From: Bdellovibrionota bacterium
GTDB taxonomy: Bacteria > Bdellovibrionota_C > UBA2361 > CAKMMH01
Direction of reading: 5' to 3'
Length of the DNA stretch: 64,000 nucleotides
Assembly (NCBI GenBank): GCA_050952645.1
Contig: JBMNLI010000014.1
Coordinates: forward strand, 1 to 64,000
Below the pieces are notes generated by a model. It searched no databases. It was not told where the DNA came from and saw nothing but the letters and a program-made list of their open reading frames with translations. The first letter of the stretch is position 1. Each line of letters starts with the position of its first letter. This document shows, piece after piece, positions 1 to 10,313 of the stretch. The translations under genes and the position numbers were made by a program.

Positions 1-199
1 CGTCTGTAATATTTTTTATTATTTTAGGTAAAAATACTTTGTAATTATCCCCATTGCAAAACTCGCAATAATATTTATAATCAAACCTTACATTTTTTAG
101 ACCGCTATCGATAATAGCTTGATTATAAGCGTTAAAATTCACCTCTTTAGTGTCGAACAGAGTCCCATCTAAATCAAAAATTGCTAGCTTTGTTTTCAT
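1..199 (-). CDS. HAD-family hydrolase/phosphatase, N-terminal part (runs off window)
   Basis: Not in ORF track. ATG at 199 reads MKTKLAIFDLDGTLFDTKEVNFNAYNQA..., the HAD motif I DxDGT. Overlaps the end of the upstream gene. Confidence 0.9.
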   Translation of the reverse strand, partial: MKTKLAIFDLDGTLFDTKEVNFNAYNQAIIDSGLKNVRFDYKYYCEFCNGDNYKVFLPKIIKNITD

Positions 200-2087
200 T
201 TAAAATTTCCATTTCATATATATCGTTTAATACTTTTATAAGTCCTGTATAAAAAACTACGGCTAATCTTTCATTTTTATGGATTTTATACGGCATCAAT
301 CTTAAGAAATGCACAAACTCATGATAATAGATGCTTTTTACTTGAGCACTAGTAAAATTAGTTAAAAGATATTCTTTGTAATACTCATATAGTTTTGAAT
401 ACATCTCAGATTCTGTAAGTATAAAATTAACTATATTTTTATTTATGCTAACATCATTTACCATCATCAAAAACTCATATTTTCCATGTAAAGATTGAAG
501 AAGCTTAGAATAATCTAAAAATGGAGAGTTGTGAATGTTGCCAGTATTAGGGTCTATAATGTAATAAACGGTAGATGCTTCTTCAAAATTTGCACCACAA
601 ATAATGTTCTCAATAGTTAAGTCTCCATGGATATCTGAGTATTTATCATTTATAAAGATTTGCTTTAAATTCTTTTGGTCATATAAAGGTTTATAAAATT
701 TTAATGGTTTAAAATTTTTGCCATTAATAACGATGTCATCATATGATTCAAGTTGTTTTATATACTTGTTATTATTTAATATGATTTTTAAATTATTATT
801 AACTTTCTTTTCAATATATTCATTTACTAAACTAATATCTGCATCTCTTAAATTTTTATTGTGAACACTTTCTCTTAAATCATTTAACGCAGTATTTAAA
901 ATATCGATGCTAAGTTTAATAGGAGAAGTGTGTATAAATTTAAAAAAACCGACGAAGCTTTTAGAAGCAACCATATCGTATGAAACAAAATTTATACTTT
1001 CTTTTAAATTCGTTATAAATGGTAAGGGTATTAATCCATAATGCGATTTTATCCAATGGATTTGCTCTTTTAGTTTTTTCCCATCCTCATTAAAAGCATA
1101 CTTTCTAAAAAATAATTGCCCATCGTTTTTCATTACTAATAAAGTCGATGCATTCGAGCCTGCCGAGCAGTCTTTTACGATCGTTATATCATCATTTATT
1201 TTTAAGTATGCTTTTACAGCTTCTCTATCTTCCTCAGCATAATAAGTTTTTAAAAATGCTAATTTATCAGACTCGTTTAATTGTGGTAAGGCACTTTTAT
1301 ATAATTCTTTACCATCATCATCTTTTTTTATTACAAGAGAAATTAGCAAGGTAATCAACAATGGAAAAATTAAATAACCTCCCCAAAGCGAAAATGCTTC
1401 TTTGTTAATTGAATATAAATTGATAATACCAAAAAAATCTACGAATACATCTTCGAAATTATAATCAAATGAGTTCTTTTTTAGAATAATGGAAAATGTA
1501 TAATATGAAGTTAAATAGCCTAACCATATCATAAAAGTGTAAAATAAGAACTTTAATTTATCTATTTTTCTTGCTATGTCGTTTATCGAAGCAAATGATA
1601 AATAAGATGCATATAAAATATTAAATTGAATATGAGTATTAAAAATAGAGGCGATTTTTGCAATAAGTAATTTTACTCGCTTTCTAAATATATTTGCGAT
1701 TATAGTTAATACTATTAAAGCGATAGAACTACATATATAAATCATAGCTATGGGCGCTAATTTTTCATTTTGCTTAATAGAAAAAAGCAAAACGCTAAAA
1801 ATTATTCCAACCGTAATAACCTCAACGTATAAATCTGCTATAACGGTTGCTAAAGAAAATACGTATCCATTTTTTAGTTTTCTCCCAGCATGGAAAACTC
1901 TGAAAATATCTCCTATCCTAATTGGTAAAATAGCATTTAAAATATGACCAATACTTAACGCATTAAGCAGATTTGCCTTATTTGGTTTTTCATATATTGA
2001 AATAAAAAGAGCCCAGCGTTTAGTCTTAAATATATGTCCTAAGACCATTAGAAATAAAGCGAAAGTGAATAGTAAAAATATATCCAT
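174..2087 (-). CDS. Fusion of LPG-synthase-TM/UPF0104 flippase-like membrane domain and APH/choline-kinase-like phosphotransferase domain
   Basis: N-terminal ~250 aa multi-TM with NAILPIRIGDIFR (N..LP.R.GD/E..R motif). C-terminal soluble domain with IHGDLTIENII, IIDPN and DYSKLLQS kinase-like motifs. Confidence 0.75.
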   Translation of the reverse strand: MDIFLLFTFALFLMVLGHIFKTKRWALFISIYEKPNKANLLNALSIGHILNAILPIRIGDIFRVFHAGRKLKNGYVFSLATVIADLYVEVITVGIIFSVLLFSIKQNEKLAPIAMIYICSSIALIVLTIIANIFRKRVKLLIAKIASIFNTHIQFNILYASYLSFASINDIARKIDKLKFLFYTFMIWLGYLTSYYTFSIILKKNSFDYNFEDVFVDFFGIINLYSINKEAFSLWGGYLIFPLLITLLISLVIKKDDDGKELYKSALPQLNESDKLAFLKTYYAEEDREAVKAYLKINDDITIVKDCSAGSNASTLLVMKNDGQLFFRKYAFNEDGKKLKEQIHWIKSHYGLIPLPFITNLKESINFVSYDMVASKSFVGFFKFIHTSPIKLSIDILNTALNDLRESVHNKNLRDADISLVNEYIEKKVNNNLKIILNNNKYIKQLESYDDIVINGKNFKPLKFYKPLYDQKNLKQIFINDKYSDIHGDLTIENIICGANFEEASTVYYIIDPNTGNIHNSPFLDYSKLLQSLHGKYEFLMMVNDVSINKNIVNFILTESEMYSKLYEYYKEYLLTNFTSAQVKSIYYHEFVHFLRLMPYKIHKNERLAVVFYTGLIKVLNDIYEMEILNENKASNF

Positions 2088-2833
2088 TAAAGTAGTTCTT
2101 TGTATTTATCATCTTGCAGTGCCTCTTCATATTCTTCTGGAATACCAAAAGAAACATGAAAATCTGTGCTAAAGTTTTTTACGCAACAATTATTTTCAAT
2201 CATTACATTATAAACACCACTAGTAAAGTATTCATTATAATTACATTTAGTTAAATATTCTTGTGCAGAGCTTAAAAAAATATCTTTGCTTTCAAAATAA
2301 TAACACCCACAAATAGCTTCGCTACTTATCACTTCTTTCTCAACGGTTCTTATAACATCACCTTTTTCATCTTTTTGTATAAAACTATATTTTGGTTCAT
2401 TTGAATTAAACGTTAAGAGGATTCCCTTAGCATCGTTTGAAAAATCATTATTTAGAAAATTATAGAATTTTGTGCATTTAAATAAATGATCGCAATCATT
2501 AAAAACGATTGGTAGTGCATCATTTATATGCTTTACGCCTTCCATGCAAGTGATAACGGCTCCCTCTGTTACGTTAGGTAGAGTGTGAATATTCGCATTT
2601 GGAAAGTATTCATATATTTTTTTATCGATATTAAAATCATCTATATGTTCTTTTAAAACTACAAAATCGATAGTTGAAACGTCTACAAAATTTACGATAG
2701 ATATCGTCGACCAATAGAAAAAAGGTTTTCCATAAATTTCTATAAGTGGCTTAGGATAATCAAAGCCCATTTTTGAAAAACGAGAACCTCTTCCTGCCAT
2801 TGGCATAATAAAATGTATTTTAGTTTTTTTCAT
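2087..2833 (-). CDS. Nucleotidyltransferase (NTP_transferase / GT-A fold)
   Basis: MPMAGRGSRF...PKPLI signature, NDCD and VEKEVIS motifs. Confidence 0.85.
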   Translation of the reverse strand: MKKTKIHFIMPMAGRGSRFSKMGFDYPKPLIEIYGKPFFYWSTISIVNFVDVSTIDFVVLKEHIDDFNIDKKIYEYFPNANIHTLPNVTEGAVITCMEGVKHINDALPIVFNDCDHLFKCTKFYNFLNNDFSNDAKGILLTFNSNEPKYSFIQKDEKGDVIRTVEKEVISSEAICGCYYFESKDIFLSSAQEYLTKCNYNEYFTSGVYNVMIENNCCVKNFSTDFHVSFGIPEEYEEALQDDKYKELL

Positions 2834-2849
2834 AAACTTTTAATCCTTT

Positions 2850-3884
2850 TTAGTTCTTTGCAGAGTTCTTCTCTAAATTATCAAACATCTCGCATTCGTA
2901 TTTGATCACTTTTCTTAAGCCTTCTTCCATGGATACGGTAGGCTCCCAGCCATATTTTTCTTTTGCAAGAGAGTTATCGCATAAAGAATATTTGTTAATT
3001 TCTCGATTTAATATTTCTTCTTTTATAGGATAAGCACCAGAATAAAGTTCGGGGTATTTTTCCCAGTAATGAGTATCGGATGCATAATTAGCTTTAATGT
3101 TTTTCCCCATGATTTTTTGAGCAAGCTCGTAGATTTCATTTACAGAATAATTTTTATTTGATGAAACATTTATAGCATCAAAGCCTTTTGAGTCTTTAAC
3201 TAAAATCGCTAACTCGATTAAATCATCGACGTATATATAATCACGTCTTTGCTCACCATTAGAGTGAAAGATAGGAGTTCTGTCGTAATAAAGTTCGCGT
3301 ATCATATATGCGACAAAAGGTGGTTGTTTTCTTAAACAATCGATATGAGGGCCATAAACATTAGCAAACCTTAAACAAGTTATATTCATACCATAAGTTT
3401 TACAATACGACTCAGCGAATCGCTCCGCACAATACTTAGTATTAGGATATATTAAAGTAGGAACTTTAAAATTATTTTCAAACGTTGGAAACTCAGTTTC
3501 GTTTTCATACATAGCATTCGTGCTGGCTTGAATGATTTTTTTTACGCCATACAATCTAGCATTTTCAAGAATATTTACAAAACCAGTAAGATTCACATCG
3601 ATAGCCTCAGTAGGGTTTAATTGACAGTCTGGAAGCGGAGCGATGCCTGCAATATTATATATATAATCGGGTTTATGTTCTTTTAATAAGTTAGCTATTC
3701 CCACTTTGTCGCGTATATCCATGTTAATAATTTTATCTCTAAAATCGCAATCGGGGAAAATTAAATTATCTTCTTGACCATACGAAAAATTATCTATTAA
3801 AATAACATTCTCTTTGTTCTTCCATAATCTATAAGCTAATTGAGAGCCTATAAATCCAGCAGCTCCTGTAATAAGAATATTCAT
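2850..3884 (-). CDS. NAD-dependent sugar epimerase/dehydratase (extended SDR)
   Basis: ITGAAGFIGS Rossmann motif, YxxxK (YPNTK), RFANVYGP, RDYIYVDD. Confidence 0.92.
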   Translation of the reverse strand: MNILITGAAGFIGSQLAYRLWKNKENVILIDNFSYGQEDNLIFPDCDFRDKIINMDIRDKVGIANLLKEHKPDYIYNIAGIAPLPDCQLNPTEAIDVNLTGFVNILENARLYGVKKIIQASTNAMYENETEFPTFENNFKVPTLIYPNTKYCAERFAESYCKTYGMNITCLRFANVYGPHIDCLRKQPPFVAYMIRELYYDRTPIFHSNGEQRRDYIYVDDLIELAILVKDSKGFDAINVSSNKNYSVNEIYELAQKIMGKNIKANYASDTHYWEKYPELYSGAYPIKEEILNREINKYSLCDNSLAKEKYGWEPTVSMEEGLRKVIKYECEMFDNLEKNSAKN

Positions 3885-4627
3885 AAAACTTTTTCTCCTC
3901 TTTTTATTTTTAAACTATTTTTAAAAATTCTTATACTTTGTTTTATTTTTGATTTCCACCCGAAATTCCAAGAAGATGCACCTTTTTTTCTTTTTGCTAA
4001 ATTAACACTAAAACGACGACATAAAAACTTTTGTCTTTTAGCCTCTTTATAAACGTATAATTCTAGTGAAAAATCATTTGGTAAAGCTTCTACATCTTTA
4101 ATAAGTGATTTATCGAAAACTACTGGTATGGCACCTATATCAAAAAGTAGGCTTTTAAACAAAATAGTATTAAATAGAGATTGTCCATAAGTAAAGAAAT
4201 AATCTATAAAACTTCTATTTTTTCTTAGCCCTTTTAAGAAAAGCTTTTTATCTCCCTTAGAGTTAGTTTTATAGTCGATTATATAGTCAAAAAACTGCTC
4301 TAAAGCAAGGGGGGCGATTTGCATATCGGCGTGTATCCACCCTATGTATTCTCCTAAAGAGGCTTTTATTCCTTGTGCGATGCCAAAGCCGTAGCCTTTA
4401 TTTTTTTCTACATATACGACTTTAATATCCTGAAACTTATTTTCGATATTTTTTTTAAAGTATTCCTTACTATTATCTAGCGAGCCATTTTCTACGAGTA
4501 TATATTCTAAATCGCCTGTTCCTTTATATTTTTCTTTGCATTTTTCTTGGAGAGGCCTAATTTTTTGTATAAGATTATCGATGTTTTTTTCTTCGTTATA
4601 ACAAGGAATAATAATAGAAAATTTCAT
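3881..4627 (-). CDS. Glycosyltransferase family 2 (polyprenyl-phosphate glycosyltransferase-like)
   Basis: SIIIPCYNEE, ENGSLD, NKGYG, HADMQ and R..G.SSW motifs. Confidence 0.9.
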   Translation of the reverse strand: MKFSIIIPCYNEEKNIDNLIQKIRPLQEKCKEKYKGTGDLEYILVENGSLDNSKEYFKKNIENKFQDIKVVYVEKNKGYGFGIAQGIKASLGEYIGWIHADMQIAPLALEQFFDYIIDYKTNSKGDKKLFLKGLRKNRSFIDYFFTYGQSLFNTILFKSLLFDIGAIPVVFDKSLIKDVEALPNDFSLELYVYKEAKRQKFLCRRFSVNLAKRKKGASSWNFGWKSKIKQSIRIFKNSLKIKRGEKVL

Positions 4628-4694
4628 ATAAACTCCATATAAATTACGTATATAAACATTATAGCAAAAAAAAAATAAAAATGAATGATTTTAC

Positions 4695-5761
4695 TTAAGA
4701 AAGGATAGTCTTATTTAGGACTAATTTTAAAAATTTGCTAGCTTTATTTAGCAATATTCCTGAAATTGTGCTAACCGTTATAACGATAAGAAAATTTAAT
4801 GCTATGTATTCAGTTTTATTTACTAAGGTAAAAATTCCTTTTATATAAATCATATGCACAATATAAATATTATAAGTGTATTTATCGGTAAAATTAAGAA
4901 TTTTTAATACCAAATCAGGGACTTTCTTTATAAAGTTTTTACCTATAAACCAAAATACAAGAAATATTGAAATAGCCAAAAAAATTCTACTATAATCGAT
5001 ATAATATAAGCAAAATGTTTTTGTTAAATTAGAAGCACGAGGAAGAACTAAATATCTTATAGCATATTTATAATAATTAAGTATTATAGAAATAATAAAA
5101 ATAAAAAAAGTAGTAAAAAATAAAGTTTTTTTAGATAATGATGAAACAAAGTCATATAGGAAGAATCCTGTTATATAACATAAAACCCAAGCAAGATTAA
5201 AGTAAATATGAAACGCTTTAAATAATATTTGAAATACGATTATTCCTAAGATGCTGTAAATAGTTATCGTCCTAAATTTTATAAATTTCTTTTCTCTTAT
5301 GTATTCTCTAAAATCATATAGGAGCGGAGTGATTAGATAGCAAAAAAGAATGTATGGTATATACCAAAAATGGTGAATTCCATTTACCATTTTTGAAAGT
5401 GTTATCGTATTAAAGAAGAAATCTCGAGTTAATGATTTGGGACTATAAATGTAGTATATTGGAATTATAAATAAGAATAAGTATACATAATAATCAAATA
5501 AAATCTTTTTGAAGTTTTAAAGATAAAATGAAATCTATTTTCTTTTTCAAATAAATTAGCTTTTCTTCCATATAAAAATCCTGAGATTACTAAGAACAAT
5601 TGGACACACACGGCACAATAATTTCCAAAGACTCCAAGGGCGACTCCTTTTTTAAAATTATATCCTGCCATTTCAAAAAAATGACAACAAAAAAGGAGCA
5701 GTAAGGCAAAGAGTCTTATAAAGCTAATGGTATAATCTTTTTTATTTAATTTATCATTCAT
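4695..5761 (-). CDS. Acyltransferase-3 (OafA-like O-acyltransferase), split by one frameshift near 5515
   Basis: 5465-5761 has R..A.....CH and VQLFLVISGFL; 4695-5390 has HFWYIP and YNIYIVH. One extra A in the A-run near 5515-5518 joins them (FKNFKKILFDYYVYLF...). Confidence 0.8.
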
Positions 5762-5765
5762 AATT

Positions 5766-7616
5766 TTATTTATCTGATTTTAAATAATAAATTTTATAAG
5801 AGTCGTCATAGCTTGATACAAAAACATCAAAATAGCTAGACTTATCAAATTTTTCATAAAGCTCTTTGTTTAGCAATACGTATTTTATATTATGTCTATT
5901 TAAAAATCTTTTTATCTTTTTTATTCCTGTGTTTTTGTCGAACATTTTTATAGTGCGTTTTATACCCTTATCCCATTCTACTAATCTTCCCATATCGGAG
6001 GGAAGCACTTTTCTCGAGGAAAAAGTGTTCCTATAAGATAGCAATTGAAACCAAGCAGTTTTATCGCCATCTGTCGGATGCCCTACGAACATTTCGTTTT
6101 TTTTAGTTTTTCTTTCAAATCTTTTAGCTAACCTAAAAAATTCTTTTCCTACCGCATTAGTTAAATACTCTTTAGAATTTATGATTTCAATTCTTCCATT
6201 ATAACGATTCCAAATTTTCTTATAAGAAGTATAGCTAAGAAGCGTTATTGAAATTACTAAAAGAAGAATAATGTTTGAACTTAAAATTTTTAGATACTCG
6301 TTTTTATGGCAAAATAATATTAGTGATAAAAAAGCCGCAATACATAGAAAAGTGATAAAGTATCTATCGCTTGTTTGTAAAAATATTAAAATTACAAGAG
6401 CTATAAATAAAAATTTTACGTACTTAACATTATAACCTTTATATAGATTTATAAAAAAGTATACCATTAAATAAGGATATATTATTAAATTAAATGGCAA
6501 TACGTTTGAGAAGCATATAGTTAAGAATATAGAAATAGCGATAAGCCATTCTTTACTTTCTAACCAATTTATAATCGTTCTTAAACACCAAATTATAGAA
6601 ATAATGGCTATATACCTAAAATATTTTGTTATATACATCGTTGCGACTATTGGGCAAACACGCACAGATGTAGTTATATACGCTACAAATAATACTAGAA
6701 GCCAAGAAATTATAAATAGGCTTGATAGTATGAAAAAGTTTTTACATTTTTTTCTATCTAAATAATATAGAGTTTGAAGTCTTAAAATAGCAGCAAATAA
6801 AATGAGTGAAAAATATTTTGCTTTGTATAAAAGACGCCAAGCTTGTGGAAAAATATGGTGAGAAACTCTACTAATATAAATATTTTTAAAATCTTGCACA
6901 GATATAGTTCCGCTAGAACCCATAATTCCTAGCATAGCAGAGACTAATAAGATGGTAATAAAGATAGGAAATCCAATTTTTATTTTTGAAAATATTTTTT
7001 TTATTGAAAAATTTTTATTTATAATGGTATCGTAAAGTAATAAGGTACAAATCGTAGTAGCACCCCAAATCCCCTCATGGATATGAAATAGCGTGGCAAA
7101 AGAAAGGAAAATAAAAGCTAAGTTCCATCTTTTTTTAGTTCCCACAACTAGCGAAAGCGCAAGCATTGAAAAGGCAAAGCCTCCTCCTAGCCCTATCGAG
7201 GGAATCTCGAATGAACCCCAACCTGGGTAGTGAGAGTTAATGCTAAATGCGATAAAAACGCTAAAAATTATAGACGCTGAGACGCAGTATCTTTTAGTAA
7301 AGCTAAATGCGATATTTACGCAAGCAAAAGCTAAAATAATAGCACTAAAATAGATAAGAATTAAAGTAGCGCTAGTCCAATTTCCCCCGTTTAATTTCAT
7401 AATTGAGCTTACTAACATATTCATAAAAAAACGTGGCGAAAAGACGCTTTGTGATACTGCAATATTGTTAGCAAAAATACTGCTATCGTACATATTTATT
7501 TGCTCTAATGCATAAACGGCATTATTAGAATTTAATGAGGAAGGTAATTTCCATATAAATAATGAAAGGACACAAAAAAAAGAAAATAAATAATTGTATC
7601 TTATAAATAATTTCAT
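5766..7616 (-). CDS. Multi-pass membrane protein, putative GT-C-like glycosyltransferase
   Basis: Many TM segments and a C-terminal periplasmic domain ending IKYVLL. Real start is probably ATG 7616 (RBS AGGGAGA at 7624-7630); the ORF-track GTG at 7685 lies inside a MITE terminal repeat. Confidence 0.55.
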   Translation of the reverse strand: MKLFIRYNYLFSFFCVLSLFIWKLPSSLNSNNAVYALEQINMYDSSIFANNIAVSQSVFSPRFFMNMLVSSIMKLNGGNWTSATLILIYFSAIILAFACVNIAFSFTKRYCVSASIIFSVFIAFSINSHYPGWGSFEIPSIGLGGGFAFSMLALSLVVGTKKRWNLAFIFLSFATLFHIHEGIWGATTICTLLLYDTIINKNFSIKKIFSKIKIGFPIFITILLVSAMLGIMGSSGTISVQDFKNIYISRVSHHIFPQAWRLLYKAKYFSLILFAAILRLQTLYYLDRKKCKNFFILSSLFIISWLLVLFVAYITTSVRVCPIVATMYITKYFRYIAIISIIWCLRTIINWLESKEWLIAISIFLTICFSNVLPFNLIIYPYLMVYFFINLYKGYNVKYVKFLFIALVILIFLQTSDRYFITFLCIAAFLSLILFCHKNEYLKILSSNIILLLVISITLLSYTSYKKIWNRYNGRIEIINSKEYLTNAVGKEFFRLAKRFERKTKKNEMFVGHPTDGDKTAWFQLLSYRNTFSSRKVLPSDMGRLVEWDKGIKRTIKMFDKNTGIKKIKRFLNRHNIKYVLLNKELYEKFDKSSYFDVFVSSYDDSYKIYYLKSDK

Positions 7617-7675
7617 AAAAATTTCTCCCTTTGTGTAAACTAAAAAAGCAGAGCGTGTGAGTGTGTCATATTTTA

Positions 7676-7916
7676 GGCTCTTCACGTTTTAAGCTAACCC
7701 ACCTAAAACAATTTTTGTTCTTCACTTTTAAAGGTGATTTTAGACCTTAAAATTAGTATCACTCACCTCGACGAAGCCCAAAAGAAAATTGACTTTAAAG
7801 AAATTTGCATAAAATAAATTACTTTAAGTATAGTTGTAATTTTTCTTTAAACTATAGATAGTTTTCTATAAAAGCCAATTTTCTTTTAAGCTAACCCACC
7901 TAAAACGTGAAGAACC
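7676..7916. mobile_element. ISL3-like MITE, composite 241-bp copy
   Basis: Ends GGCTCTTCACGTTTTA...TAAAACGTGAAGAACC, with 8-bp direct repeat ATATTTTA at 7668-7675 and 7917-7924. Confidence 0.9.
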
Positions 7917-7942
7917 ATATTTTATTTTATTTCAATCCTATT

Positions 7943-8402
7943 CTACTCTATCTCATTTGCATCTAGGAACAAAGATTGCTCTAATGAGTTAAAAAAGTTT
8001 TGGTAAGTGATAGGATTAGTTATAGGACGAAGCCCCGATTGTGCGTTTAATCTAACGACAGTCTTCTTTCGAATAGTTCTAACCGATGCCGTCGCCTTTG
8101 AACCATTAGAAAAAGAGGTTCCACTTACAAGCCCAAGTTTTTCATCCGTTTTCTCAATTATAAATCCTAAATCTTGCATAGTAGCTATAAGCGCCCTAAG
8201 AACTGCAGTCTTATCGTTAGTTTCAAAAGAACGTGATTGGTAATTTCTCATTTGAACTTGCGTCTGAGGAGTCCCTAAAATGTTATCTCTAGTAGATACA
8301 CAAGCAACTAAATTTACCGCTAAAAATAATACCATCGTAAGATAAATAGTTTTGTAAGTAGTTTGATAAGTAGCTTGATAAGTAGTAAGTTTTTTCTTTA
8401 TA
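7943..8402 (-). pseudogene. Lipoprotein gene interrupted near its 5th codon by IS1634 (original start at 10273)
   Basis: Lipobox LVAC. The frame stays open from 8335 to the IS end and continues in frame on the far side of the IS as ATG AAT ACT ATA, preceded by an AAGGA RBS. Confidence 0.8.
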
Positions 8403-8426
8403 CCTTAACTTTGCAAAAAAGTTCAC

Positions 8427-10115
8427 CTAAAATTTTTTTTGTAATTTTTTATTTATTTGAGCAGCTTTTAATCTTACCTTATCAGCATCTATATCAAACG
8501 CATTTAATATAGTTTTTTGTCTTTTGCTTACTGCATAGCTCAGCTGATATAAATCCTTACTCCCTCTTACCATTTCAATTTTTTCAAGTTCTTTTAATGC
8601 GGCAGGAACATTCATATAGTTTGGCTTTTTTGTTAGCTTAGAAAGTTCTTCATTAAGTAGAATATAAATGCGATTGCGAATTATAAGTGCTATAAACTCT
8701 ATAAAAATTTTAGCAGATACTGCCTGAGATGAATGAACTCTCATACTTTTTGAGCCTAAAAAAGTCTTATCAATAGCAAAAAGTTTCTCAGTTGCGTCTC
8801 TACCCTTGTAAAGTATTATAGCTTCTTTAGCACTCATTTCTTCCGAACTAACAAGACAAAAATACCCACATAAATTAAGAGCCTTTTGAATTTCATCTGC
8901 TCTCTCTTCTACTTTTCTTAACTTTCCTTGATTGTCATAACTTAAATCAAAAAATTGCTTATACGTTTGTCCAAACTTTGTATCTTTGCCAATATGGTTT
9001 TTTAAAAATTGTTCAAACTCCTCTAATTTAATTTCTAGTTGCTCCCTCTCAAATGCTTGCTTTTCCGCACTAAAATAAACATGAAAATAACGCTCCTTAC
9101 TATCATCATCATATAATTTTGATTTCACTGTAGTGCCATATACCTTGTATAAGCGAATACTACAGTCTCTTTTAGACTCAAATGTATTCCTGTTTTCTTC
9201 TACTAATTTAGAAACTAAAGCCTTACACCCTTTTACCATCAATAAAAAAGAAAAACCACTATTATCCATATATTGAATATTATATTTACTAAAATAACCA
9301 CGGTCTAAAATAAATCCTATCTTTTTATATCCATACTCTATAACCTTATCTGCCATATGAGTAAATTGAGAAACGTCTGTAATAGAACCAGGATACTCTT
9401 CGTAAAATAACGGAACTCTATTCGTTTGATCAAAGGCAATGGATAAATTAAATACTGGGAATCCTTTTTCGTCTTTCGCTTTACCAAACTCTACTAATTC
9501 AACATCACCTGCTTGACAGTTCTTATTAGTCGAATCATATGAAACGTAAACCATTTGATTGCGATCTTTTCCCTTGTTCCAATCGTCAAGAAAGTTAATT
9601 ATCTGCTCTTTGCTAACAGAAGAAAGAAAACGACTTATGGTAGAATCACTATAGATGCGCATACCTTTTGTAAAGAGTGGATGAGAAAAGGCGTAGTCTG
9701 GATAATACTGACTGACATTCTCTTCATTTACAATAAAATAACTCGCTAAATCAAGTATAAGTTCACTACGTTCACCAAAATGTTTTTTTAGTAAAAAAGG
9801 CAAATTAAATTCATTTGCTACTTTTTCAATCACCAAGTGGGGACCTATACGAAGACAACAACTGCGTGAAGCGTCTGAAAATTTCTCGGGCATAGGGGCA
9901 TCTGGAAAATAATTACTATAATTGTCATTAGGGTACATAATATCATCTCTACCATCAACTAATTTTCCAATAACGCTACGCTTTGGATTAGTATACTGTT
10001 TCTCTTTATTATAAGTGCGATCGTATTCAAAAAGCACATATTTTGCTTCCCCTTTTTCTCTTATAATTATTTTATTTCTTTGCTCTGGTAATGGAACTGT
10101 TCGATTGTAATTCAT
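8427..10115 (-). CDS. IS1634-family DDE transposase
   Basis: 562 aa with YDSTN, FGKAKD, YPGSITD, LDRGYFS and YKGRDATEKLF (Y..R...E..F) motifs; RBS AAGGAGG at 10120-10126. Confidence 0.92.
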   Translation of the reverse strand: MNYNRTVPLPEQRNKIIIREKGEAKYVLFEYDRTYNKEKQYTNPKRSVIGKLVDGRDDIMYPNDNYSNYFPDAPMPEKFSDASRSCCLRIGPHLVIEKVANEFNLPFLLKKHFGERSELILDLASYFIVNEENVSQYYPDYAFSHPLFTKGMRIYSDSTISRFLSSVSKEQIINFLDDWNKGKDRNQMVYVSYDSTNKNCQAGDVELVEFGKAKDEKGFPVFNLSIAFDQTNRVPLFYEEYPGSITDVSQFTHMADKVIEYGYKKIGFILDRGYFSKYNIQYMDNSGFSFLLMVKGCKALVSKLVEENRNTFESKRDCSIRLYKVYGTTVKSKLYDDDSKERYFHVYFSAEKQAFEREQLEIKLEEFEQFLKNHIGKDTKFGQTYKQFFDLSYDNQGKLRKVEERADEIQKALNLCGYFCLVSSEEMSAKEAIILYKGRDATEKLFAIDKTFLGSKSMRVHSSQAVSAKIFIEFIALIIRNRIYILLNEELSKLTKKPNYMNVPAALKELEKIEMVRGSKDLYQLSYAVSKRQKTILNAFDIDADKVRLKAAQINKKLQKKF

Positions 10116-10147
10116 AAAACCTCCTTTAGGTTAACGGTTGCACTAAA

Positions 10148-10176
10148 AGTATAGCATAGTAAATACACAGATGCAA
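10148..10176 (-). promoter_or_regulatory. Putative sigma70 promoter of the transposase
   Basis: Minus strand TTGCAT-N17-TATACT with extended -10 TG. Confidence 0.65.
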
Positions 10177-10313
10177 GTAAAAAAATGCATAATTTAACGA
10201 TTATTTCTTATTTATTTTAATTGATTATTTGTTTAGGTGAACTTTTTTGAAAAGTTAAGGTTATAGTATTCATTAGATAGTATTCCTTAGATAGTATTCC
10301 TTAAATTTTTTTG

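Larger units (their letters stand above)
8403..10260 (-). mobile_element. IS1634-family insertion sequence (intact)
   Basis: 29-bp terminal inverted repeats CCTTAACTTT(G/T)CAAAAAAGTTCACCTAAA (8403-8431, 10232-10260, one mismatch) and 5-bp target duplication TTATA (8398-8402, 10261-10265). Confidence 0.93.
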
